A stretch of 64,000 nucleotides of DNA, taken from the NCBI GenBank assembly GCA_030390025.1, contig CM059439.1, forward strand, positions 39,246,001 to 39,310,000. The letters are read 5' to 3'. The stretch is from Squalus acanthias. Lineage: Eukaryota. The position numbers were made by a program, and so were the translations under genes. Under the pieces are notes generated by a model. The model was not told the origin of the DNA. It made no database searches and worked only from the letters and a program-made list of their open reading frames with translations. Within the stretch, counting starts at the first letter, position 1, and every line of letters starts with the position of its first letter. Shown here piece after piece: positions 25,610 through 36,729 of the stretch.

Positions 25610-26300
25610 GGAACAACTGAGTGGTGCAGTTGATTAGAAATCATCCCGTTCACCTCTGGGAGCTGAGTTCAAATCTAGTTTAGATTGATGAGCTGAAGTT
25701 TGCTCTCTGATGGCTTAGAGGATCCAAAGTGAAAGAAAGAAAGACTTGCAGTTATAAAGCACCTTTCACGACCACCGGACATCTCAAACCGCTTTACAGC
25801 CAATGAAGTACTTTTTTTTTTGGAGTGTAGTCACTGTTGTAATGTGGGAAACGCAGCAGCCAATTTGCGCACAGCAAGCTCCCACAAACAGCAATGTGAT
25901 AATGACCAGATAATCTGTTTTTGTTATGTTGATTGAGGGATAAATATTGGCCAGGACACAGGGGTTAACTCCCCTGCTCTTCTTCGAAATATTGCCATGG
26001 GATCTTTTACATCCACCTGAGAGAGCAGACGGGGCCTCGGTTTAACGTCTCATCTGAAAGACGACACCTCCGGCAGTGCAGCACTCCCTCAGCACTGCAC
26101 TGGAGTGACAGCCTAGATTTATGTGCTCAAGTCCCTGGAGTGGGACTTGAACCCACAACCTTCTGACTCAGAGGCGAGAGTGCTACCCACTGAGCCACAG
26201 CTGACACTGAAAGCCAATTTCTAACAGGTGCCAACCCTCAATTTTGTGAGCATATTCAGACTGTGCATATTCAGTACTAATTGGCAATAAATTGTGAAGT
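25610..26300 (+). mobile_element. LF-SINE-like element split by a younger SINE
   Basis: ttcacctctggga..gagttcaaatc head at 25610-25730 and tactaattggca near 26275 resemble recalled LF-SINE motifs. Confidence 0.45.
25735..26207 (-). mobile_element. Full-length tRNA-derived Deu-domain SINE (SacSINE1/AmnSINE1-related)
   Basis: A box tggctcagtgggt, B box ggttcaagtcc, Deu core gtctttcagatgagacgttaaaccgaggccccg and (tttc)n tail. Confidence 0.85.
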
Positions 26301-28132
26301 GAGATAACAGAGATGGGTGGTGTGAGAAATGGGGAATATCACACTGATGCATGAAATGCTTTTTGAGGATGGCTGTATGTTGTTGGGGAAGTGTAGAACT
26401 GTGAGTTATTCACTAATGCCAGGTGCCAAAAGTAAAAATGTTTCACTCCCCACTTTGCACAAACATTCAGGAACCCTAAGTAATGTTCATAGAGTCATGA
26501 CACCAGTCTGCAGTTCTGACTATAAAGTAAAAGGTAAAAGCTCACTGGTACTTCAAATAGAAAATTGATCTCCCATTCCAACAAGCAAGTCTCCTGCTCC
26601 ATGTTGGTAGCAGCCATTTTGCAAGTAGTTAGCGTCAACTTCATTATCTATTGCATTACTGAGCTATAATTACCTTGCAAATACTTTAATATATTGGTTA
26701 CACTTTGGAAAAATGCAATAGGGAAATTCCATGCACTAAAAATGAATTTCCAGAATTTTAAAAAACTGTTACAGAACCCAAACTCATCAGAATCAGGTAA
26801 AGCAGTGTTTTGTATCTTTAGAAAGTTTGAAATCAGTCTAACATTTTTTTCAATATAATGTTAAGAATTATTATCAATGAATGTACTCACATACACACAA
26901 ACACAACTATCAATTTTATTCATGAGCTTTTATTATAGGTGACTCACTCAAGTAAAACAAATCACTTGCATTGCAACACCTATGTCTTGAAGGTTAGACC
27001 TAGCTTTGCCTGCATGGCTTTGGGGGTTGAGTCAGGACTTTTACTGCTACCTTCATTCAACTCTGCTCAAAGTACTGCTTTGCACTCTAGAAATGGAGGA
27101 TGAAGACATGGAAGAATCTAGGTTGAAGGCTCTGAGAGTAAGGCATCACCAAAGGTATTTTCCTACATGCAGACACTCACTCACTAAGATCTACAGAAGG
27201 TTTTATTTAGGCATCACCACAGCACACAGTAGAGGAAGTGGAACAGGCCAGCAGCCATTTGCCAAACCACAACTGATAGCCCAGAACTTTCAATAAATAA
27301 AGGTTGACTCACGAAATAAAGTCACTTCACACCTGCCTTTTCTCTCTGTGCCATACCCTCACAAAGTCCCTCACTTTCCAAGACTTCTGTTGAGGTCTTT
27401 CATAAGACATTTCCCCTTTTACCATCCAAGTCCCAAAAGTTAAAAGCATATACAGAAATGAACCCATAACTCTATGTAATTGAATTGGGTGAGAAAAATG
27501 GAGATATATTGAGAATACAAATTCTCACCTGCCATTGTATTAACATATTTAGCATACAGACGCACATGCAGCGGAGACTGAAACTGCCCACGTATGGATA
27601 TGCCAATGATTGGGACCAAGAGCTGCCAATGCTTCTCTGTCAAATAAATATTTATTGTCTTCCTGTACCTGTGGTCTCTACAGTGAGGACTGCAACGTTC
27701 TCTGGATTTTATTATGAGGCCGTCAAAACCTACTCTTCAACATGTACATCATCAGTAGAATGAGTTGGTTACAATAAATGGTGTTTAAGCCTATTACCTT
27801 GGTACATGTCTGTGTGTGGGTGGGGGGGAGACGGAAAGCAAAGCATGTGCAATGAGTTGCAGAGAAACAAGTTATCCTCCTAAATCATTCTTCACCTCCA
27901 TATGATGTTATTCTCACGCTTAATAATAGTCAGATGATTTTAAAGACCATCTGTTCATAATTCTGCTTTTAGTCATCTGCTAACCTAGAATTGAAAATTT
28001 AATTAAAAAGTGAACAGATATTGCACATATATTTCTTTTTTCCTCCCTAGCTCAGGAAAACTGAGGTCAATTGCAGCGACCCCAGGCCTTATTTCCCCAA
28101 CTGACATGTCCTCACTGCTGTGAAGTGAATAT

Positions 28133-31100
28133 CATTGCTGGGTCTGAGGTACATTGCTGGGGCTGAGGCACATTGCTGGGCATGAGGTACATTGCTCGGT
28201 CTGAGGTACATTGCTGGGGCTGAGGTACATTGCTGGGCATGAGGTACATTGCTGGGACTGAGGCACATTGCTGGGCTGAGGTACATTGCTCGGTCTGAGG
28301 TACATTGCTGGGTCTGAGGTATATTGCTGGGACTGAGGTACATTGCTCGGTCTGAGGTACATTGCTCGGTCTGAGGTACATTGCTCGGTCTGAGGTACAT
28401 TGCTGGGTCTGAGGTACATTGCTGAGTCTGAGGTACATTGCTGGGTCTGAGGTACATTGCTCGGTCTGAGGTACATTGCTGGGTCTGAGGTACATTGCTC
28501 GGTCTGAGGTACATTGCTGGGTCTGAGGTACATTGCTCGGTCTGAGGTACATTGCTCGGTCTGAGGTACATTGCTGGGGCTGAGGTACATTGCTGGGTCT
28601 GAGGTACATTGCTGGGTCTGAGACACATTGCTGGGTCTGAGGTACATTGCTGGGGCTGAGGTACATTGCTGGGGCTGAGGTACATTGCTGGGTCTGAGAC
28701 ACATTGCTGGGTCTGAGGTACATTGCTCGATCTGAGACACATTGCTCGGTCTGAGACACATTGCTCGGTCTGAGGTACATTGCTGGGTCTGAGACACATT
28801 GCTGGGTCTGAGGTACATTGCTGGGGCTGAGGTACATTGCTCGGTCTGAGACACATTGCTGGGTCTGAGGTACATTGCTCGGTCTGAGGTACATTGCTCG
28901 GTCTGAGGTACATTGCTGGGTCTGAGGGACATTGCTCGGTCTGAGGTACATTGCTGGGGCTGAGGTACATTGCTCGGTCTGAGGTACATTGCTCGGTCTG
29001 AGGTACATTGCTTGGTCTGAGGTACATTGCTCGGTCTGAGACACATTGCTGGGGCATGAGGTACATTGCTGGGTCTGAGGTACATTGCTCGGTCTGAGAT
29101 ACATTGCTGGGGCTGAGACACATTGCTGGGTCTGAGGTCCATTGCTCGGTCTGAGGTACATTGCTGGGTCTGAGGTACATTGCTCGGTCTGAGGTACATT
29201 GCTTGGTCTGAGGTACATTGCTGGGACTGAGGCACATTGCTGGGTCTGAGGTACATTGCTGGGTCTGAGACACATTGCTCGGTCTGAGGTACATTGCTCG
29301 GTCTGAGGTACATTGCTTGGTCTGAGGTACATTGCTGGGACTGAGGCACATTGCTCGGTCTGAGGTACATTGCTGGGTCTGAGGTACATTGCTCGGTCTG
29401 AGGTACATTGCTGGGTCTGAGGTACATTGCTCGGTCTGAGGTACATTGCTCGGTCTGAGACACATTGCTCGGTCTGAGGTACATTGCTGGGTCTGAGGTA
29501 CATTGCTGGGTCTGAGGTACATTGCTGGGTCTGAGACACATTGCTGGGTCTGAGGTACATTGCTGGGACTGAGGCACATTGCTCGGTCTGAGGTACATTG
29601 CTTGGTCTGAGGTACATTGCTGGGACTGAGGCACATTGCTCGGTCTGAGGTACATTGCTGGGACAGAGGCACATTGCTTGGTCTGAGGTACATTGCTGGG
29701 ACTGAGGCACATTGCTCGGTCTGAGGTACATTGCTCAGGCTGAGGTACATTGCTGGGGCTGAGGTACATTGCTGGGTCTGAGGTACATTGCTCGGGGCTG
29801 AGGTACATTGCTCGGTCTGAGGTACATTGCTGGGACTGAGGCACATTGCTTGGACTGAGGTACATTGCTGGGACTGAGGCACATTGCTCGGTCTGAGGTA
29901 CATTGCTCGGTGTGAGGTACATTGCTGGGTCTGAGGTACATTGTTGGGGCTGAGGTACATTGCTGGGTCTGAGATACATTGCTGGGTCTGAGGTACATTG
30001 CTCGGTCTGAGGTACATTGCTGGGTCTGAGACACATTGCTCGGTCTGAGGTACATTGCTGGGTCTGAGGTACATTGCTCGGTCTGAGGTACATTGCTGGG
30101 TCTGAGGCACATTGCTGGGTCTGAGGTACATTGCTGGGTCTGAGGTACATTGCTCGGTCTGAGGTACATTGCTGGGTCTGAGGTACATTGCTGGGTCTGA
30201 GGTACATTGCTGGGTCTGAGGTACATTGCTCAGTCTGAGGTACATTGCTGGGTCTGAGGTACATTGTTGGGGCTGAGGTACATTGCTGGGTCTGAGGTAC
30301 ATTGCTGGGTCTGAGGTACATTGCTCGGTCTGAGGTACATTGCTCGGTCTGAGATACATTGCTGGGGCTGAGACACATTGCTGGGGCTGAGACACATTGC
30401 TGGGGCTGAGGTACATTGCTCGATCTGAGGTACATTGCTGGGTCTGAGGTACATTGCTCGGTCTGAGGTACATTGCTCGGTCTGAGGTACATTGCTCGGT
30501 CTGAGGTACATTGCTGGGTCTGAGGTACATTGCTCGGTCTGAGGTACATTGCTGGGTCTGAGGTACATTGCTGGGTCTGAGACACATTGCTGGGGCTGAG
30601 GTACATTGCTGGGTCTGAGGTACATTGCTGGGGCTGAGGTACATTGCTCGGTCTGAGACACATTGCTCGGTCTGAGACACATTGCTGGGGCTGAGGTACA
30701 TTGCTGGGTCTGAGACACATTGCTGGGGCTGAGGTACATTGCTGGGTCTGAGACACATTGCTGGGGCTGAGGTACATTGCTGGGTCTGAGGTACATTGCT
30801 GGGGCTGAGGTACATTGCTGGGTCTGAGGTACATTGCTGGGTCTGAGGTACATTGCTGGGTCTGAGGTACATTGCTCGGTCTGAGGTACATTGCTCGGTC
30901 TGAGGTACATTGCTGGGTCTGAGGTACATTGCTGGGTCTGAGGTACATTGCTGGGTCTGAGGTACATTGCTCGGTCTGAGGTACATTGCTCGGTCTGAGG
31001 TACATTGCTCGGTCTGAGGTACATTGCTGGGTCTGAGGTACATTGCTGGGTCTGAGACACATTGCTGGGTCTGAGGTACATTGCTCGGTCTGAGGTACAT

Positions 31101-32364
31101 TGCTGGGGCTGAGGTACATTGCTGGGGCTGAGGTACATTGCTGGGGCTGAGACACACTGCTGGGTCTGAGGTACATTGCTGGGTCTGAGGTACATTGCTG
31201 GGTCTGAGGTACATTGCTGGGTCTGAGGTACATTGCTGGGTCTGAGGTACATTGCTGGGTCTGAGGTACATTGCTGGGTCTGAGGTACATTGCTGGGTCT
31301 GAGGTACATTGCTCGGTCTGAGACACATTGCTGGGGCATGAGGTACATTGCTCGGTCTGAGGTACATTGCTGGGTCTGAGGTACATTGCTGGGGCTGAGG
31401 TACATTGCTGGGGCTGAGGTACATTGCTGGGTCTGAGATACATTGCTCGGTCTGAGGTACATTGCTCGGTCTGAGGTACATTGCTCGGTCTGAGGTACAT
31501 TGCTGGGGCTGAGGTACATTGCTGGGTCTGAGATACATTGCTCGGTCTGAGGTACATTGCTCGGTCTGAGGTACATTGCTCGGTCTGAGGTACATTGCTG
31601 GGCATGAGGTACATTACTGGGGCTGAGGTACATTGCTCGGTCTGAGGTACATTGCTGGGCATGAGGTACATTGCTGGGCATGAGGTACATTGCTCGGTCT
31701 GAGGTACATTGCTGGGTCTGAGGTACATTGTTCGGTCTGAGGTACATTGCTCGGGCTGAGGTACATTGCTGGGGCTGAGGTACATTGCTGGGGCTGAGGT
31801 ACATTGCTGGGTCTGAGACACATTGCTGGGTCTGAGGTACATTGCTGGGGCTGAGGTACGTTGCTCGGTCTGAGGTACATTGCTGAGACTGAGGTACATT
31901 GCTGGGTCTGAGGTACATTGCTGGGTCTGAGGTACATTGCTGGGGCTGAGACACATTGCTGGGGCTGAGGTACATTGCTGGGGCTGAGGTACATTGCTGG
32001 GTCTGAGACACATTGCTGGGTCTGAGGTACATTGCTGGGTCTGAGACACATTGCTGGGTCTGAGGTACATTGCTGGGGCTGAGGTACATTGCTGGGTCTT
32101 AGGTACATTGCTGGGGCTGAGACACATTTCTGGGTCTGAGGTACATTGCTGGGTCTGAGGTACATTGCTGGGTCTGAGACACATTGCTGGGTCTGAGGTA
32201 CATTGCTGGGGCTGAGGTACATTGCTGGGTCTGAGGTACATTGCTGGGTCTGAGACACATTGCTGGGTCTGAGGTACATTGCTGGGGCTGAGGTACATTG
32301 CTGGGGCTGAGGTACATTGCTCGGTCTGAGGTACATTGCTGGGGCTGAGGTACATTGCTGGGGC
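28133..32364. repeat. Minisatellite with 19-bp unit CATTGCTSGGTCTGAGGTA, about 220 copies, in the last RAB3B intron
   Basis: Directly visible tandem array of 4232 bp with variant units (ggggct, gggact, gagaca, gggcat). Confidence 0.98.
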
Positions 32365-32479
32365 AGTGTAGAGGGAGCTTTGGAACACAACGTCAGTGGA
32401 TGCGGCAGTATCCTCCAGCTCTGAACCTGAAGGGTATGGGCACATCTGCTGGCATCCATCTAGAGACATGCACATTTCA

Positions 32480-32730
32480 TCGCACTCAGCATACAGCCCT
32501 CCAAAATCTCTGCGCTACTCCAACTCTGGACTCTTGTGCATCCACTGCTGTCTTTGCCCCACCATTGGTGGTCGTGCATTCAGCCATCTAGGCCCTAGGT
32601 TCTGAAATTCCCTCCCTAAACCTCTTTGCCTCTCCACCTTTTAGATCCTTCTTAAAGTCTACCTCTTTGATCTAGCTTTTAATATCTCCTCATAATATCT
32701 CCTTCTTTGGCTCAGTGTCAATTTTTGACT
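32480..32730 (+). mobile_element. L2 3' fragment
   Basis: TIGGRAFSHLGP motif, as in the L2 ORF at 58010-58650. Confidence 0.7.
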
Positions 32731-32744
32731 GGAAATGTAATTTA

Positions 32745-33325
32745 TATTTATGACCTCTAGTTTTGGACTCCCTAAAGTGGAAACATTTTCTCTACGTCTA
32801 CCCTATTGAACCCCTTCATAAACTTAAAGACCTCTATTAGGTCACCCATCAGCCTTCTCTTTTCTAGAGAAAAGAGCCCCAGCCTGTTCAGTCTTCCCTG
32901 ATAGTTATAATTAGTTCTGGTATCATCCTTGTAAATCTCTTTTGCATCTTCTCCAGCGCTTCTATATCCTTTTTGTAACATGGAGACCAGTTTTCGGTCA
33001 CAGTGCTCCAAGTGTGGTCTAACCAAGGTTCTATCTAAGTTTAACATAATTTCTCTGCTTTTCAATTCTGTCTCTCTCGAAATGAACCCAGTGCTTGGTT
33101 TGTATTTTTATAGCTTTGTTAACCTGCAATGCTATTTTTAATCATAGAACCTTACAGCACAGAAAGAGGCCATTCAGCCCATTGTGGCTTTGCCTGTGAA
33201 TCTGTACCCCAGAACTCTTTGCTCCTCTACCCCATTTAGACACGTAAGGAGTAGGTGACCTCCTTATTCCTCCTACAAAAATGCACCACCTCGCACTATC
33301 CACATTGCAATTAATTTGCCATACA
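32745..33325 (-). mobile_element. CR1 ORF2 C-terminal fragment
   Basis: LVRPHLEHC and LGLFSLEKRRLMGDLIEVFK motifs. Confidence 0.8.
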
Positions 33326-33349
33326 TTGTGGATAAACTGACTAAAAGAC

Positions 33350-34343
33350 CGTAATTTTAATCGGGAGGCAGGTTGGGAGCAGGGTCGGGGGGGCTATGAA
33401 GCAGCCAGGAAACCCAGGGAGGCCTGATTTGCACTTCAAACCTCTGTTTCCTGCCCGCAGCAAGCCAGATGGAGAGGCTGGCTGGCTGCGGGCAGGAAGG
33501 CCTGCGGCACTAGGCCGCAGAGAGGAGGGAGAGAGGTATCAGGTGGGGGCCGGGGGGTTGGTCGGGGACTGGAGTATCGGGGGGGATGGAAGGAAGATTG
33601 GACTCCGGAGCATCAGTGGAGGGAGGGAGAGAAGATCGGAGGCCAGACTCCGGAGCATGGGGTGGGGGGAGGGAGGGAAGATCGGACTCCAGAACATCGG
33701 AGGTGGGGGGAAGGGAGGGAAGATCGGACTCTGGAGCATCGGGTGGGAGGAGGGAGGGAACATCGAGGCCAGAAGAGGATCAGGTGGGGGGGGGCGGGGG
33801 GGCAGGGAGGGAGAGAACACTGAGGGCCAGAGGATTGGGGGGAAAGGGAAAGAACATCGTGGGCCGGTCTGAAGATCATCAGTGGGGCAGGGGGCGGTGG
33901 GGGGGACGCGATCGGAGGCCTTGTTGGCGGTGGGGGGGGGGAATCGGAGGCCTCGTGGGGGGTCTCCAATCGCAGGGGGTGGGTTAGGCAAGGACACTGG
34001 ATCTAGGAGGTAAGTCGGTAAATGTAAACGCACTTACCTCCTGGATCCAGCAGTCCTCGCCTTCAACTAACTGTTGGGTTTCCCAAGGCCTGCGAAACCC
34101 GACCTGCCACAGGTACATTTGAAATGCAGGTTAAATCTGAGTCACAGCAGCCTCATTATAATATTTAAATGGAAGACCCGTCTTCTGGGAGCGGGTTGGC
34201 TGCCCGCCCCCCATCCCGCCTCTGTTAAAACCGGAAATGGACGGGTTGGAGGCGGGTTCTGGTCAGGATTCAGTTTTTTAACACTTTAACTTCCCATACG
34301 ACCCCAACCCACCCAATTTTTGTGGGGGGGTTAAAATTCCCCC
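33350..34343. mobile_element. G-rich Harbinger-type MITE about 180 bp upstream of the last RAB3B acceptor
   Basis: Right terminus ggggggttaaaattccccc is the reverse complement of the 56958 terminus. Contains internal imperfect tandem repeats with a gaagatcggactc core. Confidence 0.7.
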
Positions 34344-34524
34344 AAAGTGTTCCTCGAGCTGCTGGATGATATTTGTAGCTCTTGTCTATTTTCCCATCTG
34401 GAGAGATGAGGTGAGCACCTGAAAAGTGTAGAGGGTTGAGTGGGTGGAGAGGAGAAGGAGGGGAAGAGTAACACAGAGAAAATCTGTATGAATCACCCTG
34501 TACATTTCTCTCTCTTTTTTACAG

Positions 34525-34712
34525 GGTTTCAGTTTTTTGAGGTCAGTGCCAAAGAAAACATCAATGTCAAGCAGGTCTTTGAACGTCTAGTTGATATCAT
34601 ATGTGAGAAAATGTCAGAAAGCCTGGATTCTGATCCCTCAATGGCCAGTAGCGGCAAGCACACACGGCTGACAGACAACCCGCCATCAATGCAGCAGAAC
34701 TGCGCCTGCTAG
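34525..34712 (+). CDS. RAB3B: Rab3 GTPase last coding exon (G5 EVSAK, hypervariable tail, C-terminal CAC geranylgeranylation motif)
   Basis: Strong polypyrimidine tract and acAG ending at 34524; 188 bp to TAG. The tail [32 protein letters not shown] resembles recalled RAB3B more than RAB3A, C or D. Paralog assignment is by recognition only. Confidence 0.9.
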
Positions 34713-35994
34713 TGATCTCTGACCTTGGTGACCTCTGACCTTTCCCTCCTTTTTTTCAGTTTCTCTTTATAGTTGCATGTGGTATGGAGACAACCAAATC
34801 CCTATTCATTCAACGTTATACAGATAGTGAGACTAAGATATTTATTTATTATCCTTTAAAATATGTTTAAATGTTACTGTAAGGAGTTTACTTACTGTTA
34901 CACAAAGTGGACATTCAATGGCATTAAAAGTTCTACTATCTTACTAACTGATGCTGATATAGATGTATCTGAAACTGAACCATTTCAGTCCTTCTGAACT
35001 GGAAATCGAGACTTCATAGCTAAATATTTCAGTGCTTGCTGTAATGAATTCATTCTCTATTGTCCTTTAGCCTGGGAAGGTGTAAAGAAAGCATTGTTAA
35101 GTAGTAAATCATAGTAATGCTACTGAATTCAAAGATAACCTGTCAGATTTAAGTGAATAGATTGATGGAGCAGTTAAAAGTTGAAATATTGGCAGAAGAC
35201 TCCCTCTGGTTACTTTGGCACCCTCTATAAAACAAACTTCAAACAAACATAAACTAAAAGGAAGAAATATAACAATCATTAAAAGTTATTCCTGGAAAAG
35301 TAAGCCCGCTATCGGACTTCAGGGCTATGATTTCCCTTTTGTGTAAATTCCATTTACATGTGATTATAGCACTGTAATTTATTAAACTTTGAGCACCAAA
35401 ATCTACAATCTTCTCACCATGAAAACAAGCATAATTCTCAGTCTGAGACACAGGTCAGGACTCTCCTCCCAGCGGCTGCACACCCCTCCAATATCGCAGG
35501 AACCCTCATCCAGTTTCCTTGATTGGGCATCATTAAGGATGTGGGGGGGGGGCTCCCACAGCCAAGACGGAGCCTGTCACTGTGAGGGTGCAAAATCCCA
35601 GCGATGCTGCAGCAGGACCGCTGTTCTGACATCAGAGGAACCAGGAGCACCGTTAGAGGGGCAGAAGCATCCTGAAGATCAAACCAATTGTACCGGCTAA
35701 GACCAGAGTTTTCAGCAGCTGAGTGTTATGGGCGGGGGGGGAATGGAGGAAGAGGGGATTGCTAAAACTCTGTCTCTCTCCACGGGGACACCTTGGGGCC
35801 GTTAGCACTGCATCCCAGGGCCTACTGCCACTTTCCCCATGGCAGCTCCGGGAAGCAGTGGTAACATGAACTGGCTGGAGGGATAGCTGCTGGGATTCCC
35901 CCCACCCCATGCCCTCCTCCCCTGCAGCTATTTACATGGCGAGGCGGGGAAGGAGAAGCCCGGCGGGAGGGGAAGAGGGCATACAGGTCAGACA

Positions 35995-36729
35995 AGAAAA
36001 AGTCTCCAACAAGAGAAAATCTAGCCACCTCCCCTTGACATTCAATGGAATTACCATCGTCGAATCCCCACCATCAACATCCTGGGGATCACTATTGACC
36101 AGAAACTTAACGGGACCAGCCACATAAATACTGTGGCTGCAAGAGCAGCTCAGAGGCTGGGTTTTCTGTGGCAAGTGATTCACCTCCTGACTCCCCAAAG
36201 CCTTTCCACCATCTACAAGGCACAAGTCAAGATACTCTCCACTTGCCTGGATGAGTGCAGCTCCAACAACACTCAAGAAGCTCGACACCATCCAGGACAA
36301 AGCAGCCCACTTGATTGGCATCCCATCCACCACATTAAATATTCACTCCCTCCACCACCAGCGTACCATGGCTGCAGTGTGTACCATCTACAAGATGCAC
36401 TGCAGCAACTCGCCAAGGCTTCTTCAACAGCACCTCCCAAACCCGCGACCTCTACCACCTAGAACGACAAGGGCAGCAGGTGCATGGGAACACCACCGCC
36501 TGCAAGTTCCCCTCCAAGTCACACACCATCCCGACTTGGAAGTATATCGCTGTTCCTTCATCGTCACTGGGTCAAAGTCCTGGAACTCCCTCCCTAACAG
36601 CATTGTGGAAGTAACTTCACCTCATGGACTGCAGCGCTTCAAGGAGGTGGCTCACCACCACCTGCTCAAGGGCAATTAGGGATGGACAATGCCACCGACG
36701 CCCACATCCCGTGAATGAATTTTAAAAAA
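35995..36729 (+). mobile_element. CR1/L2-group LINE 3' fragment
   Basis: MSAAPTTLKKLDTIQDKAA motif and 3' end gggcaattagggatgg...gaatgaat(a)n. Confidence 0.85.

Noticed and set aside
26130-26207. tRNA gene
   Set aside because: The A and B boxes belong to a SINE head that continues into a Deu domain and tail. No complete cloverleaf is evident.
28133-32364. CRISPR-like array
   Set aside because: Units are head-to-tail with no unique spacers, the context is eukaryotic, and there are no cas genes.
28089-32475. Very long minus-strand ORFs (1447, 1168, 619 and 539 aa) as a repetitive protein gene
   Set aside because: They arise because a 19-bp unit lacks stops on that strand, and all three frames give the same rotating peptide. 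There is no unique domain or evidence of gene structure.
13783-34712. ORF-track N-terminal extensions of the Rab3 exons (13783, 25159, 34440) as real starts
   Set aside because: They are intronic read-through upstream of clear acceptor sites. The true N-terminal exon with the P-loop is not in the window.
13852-34712. Assignment as RAB3A, RAB3C or RAB3D
   Set aside because: The YDIAN segment is RAB3D-like, but EKG..LAEQLG and the DPSM...K.TRL.D.PP..QQNC.C tail best match recalled RAB3B. Phylogeny and synteny would settle it.
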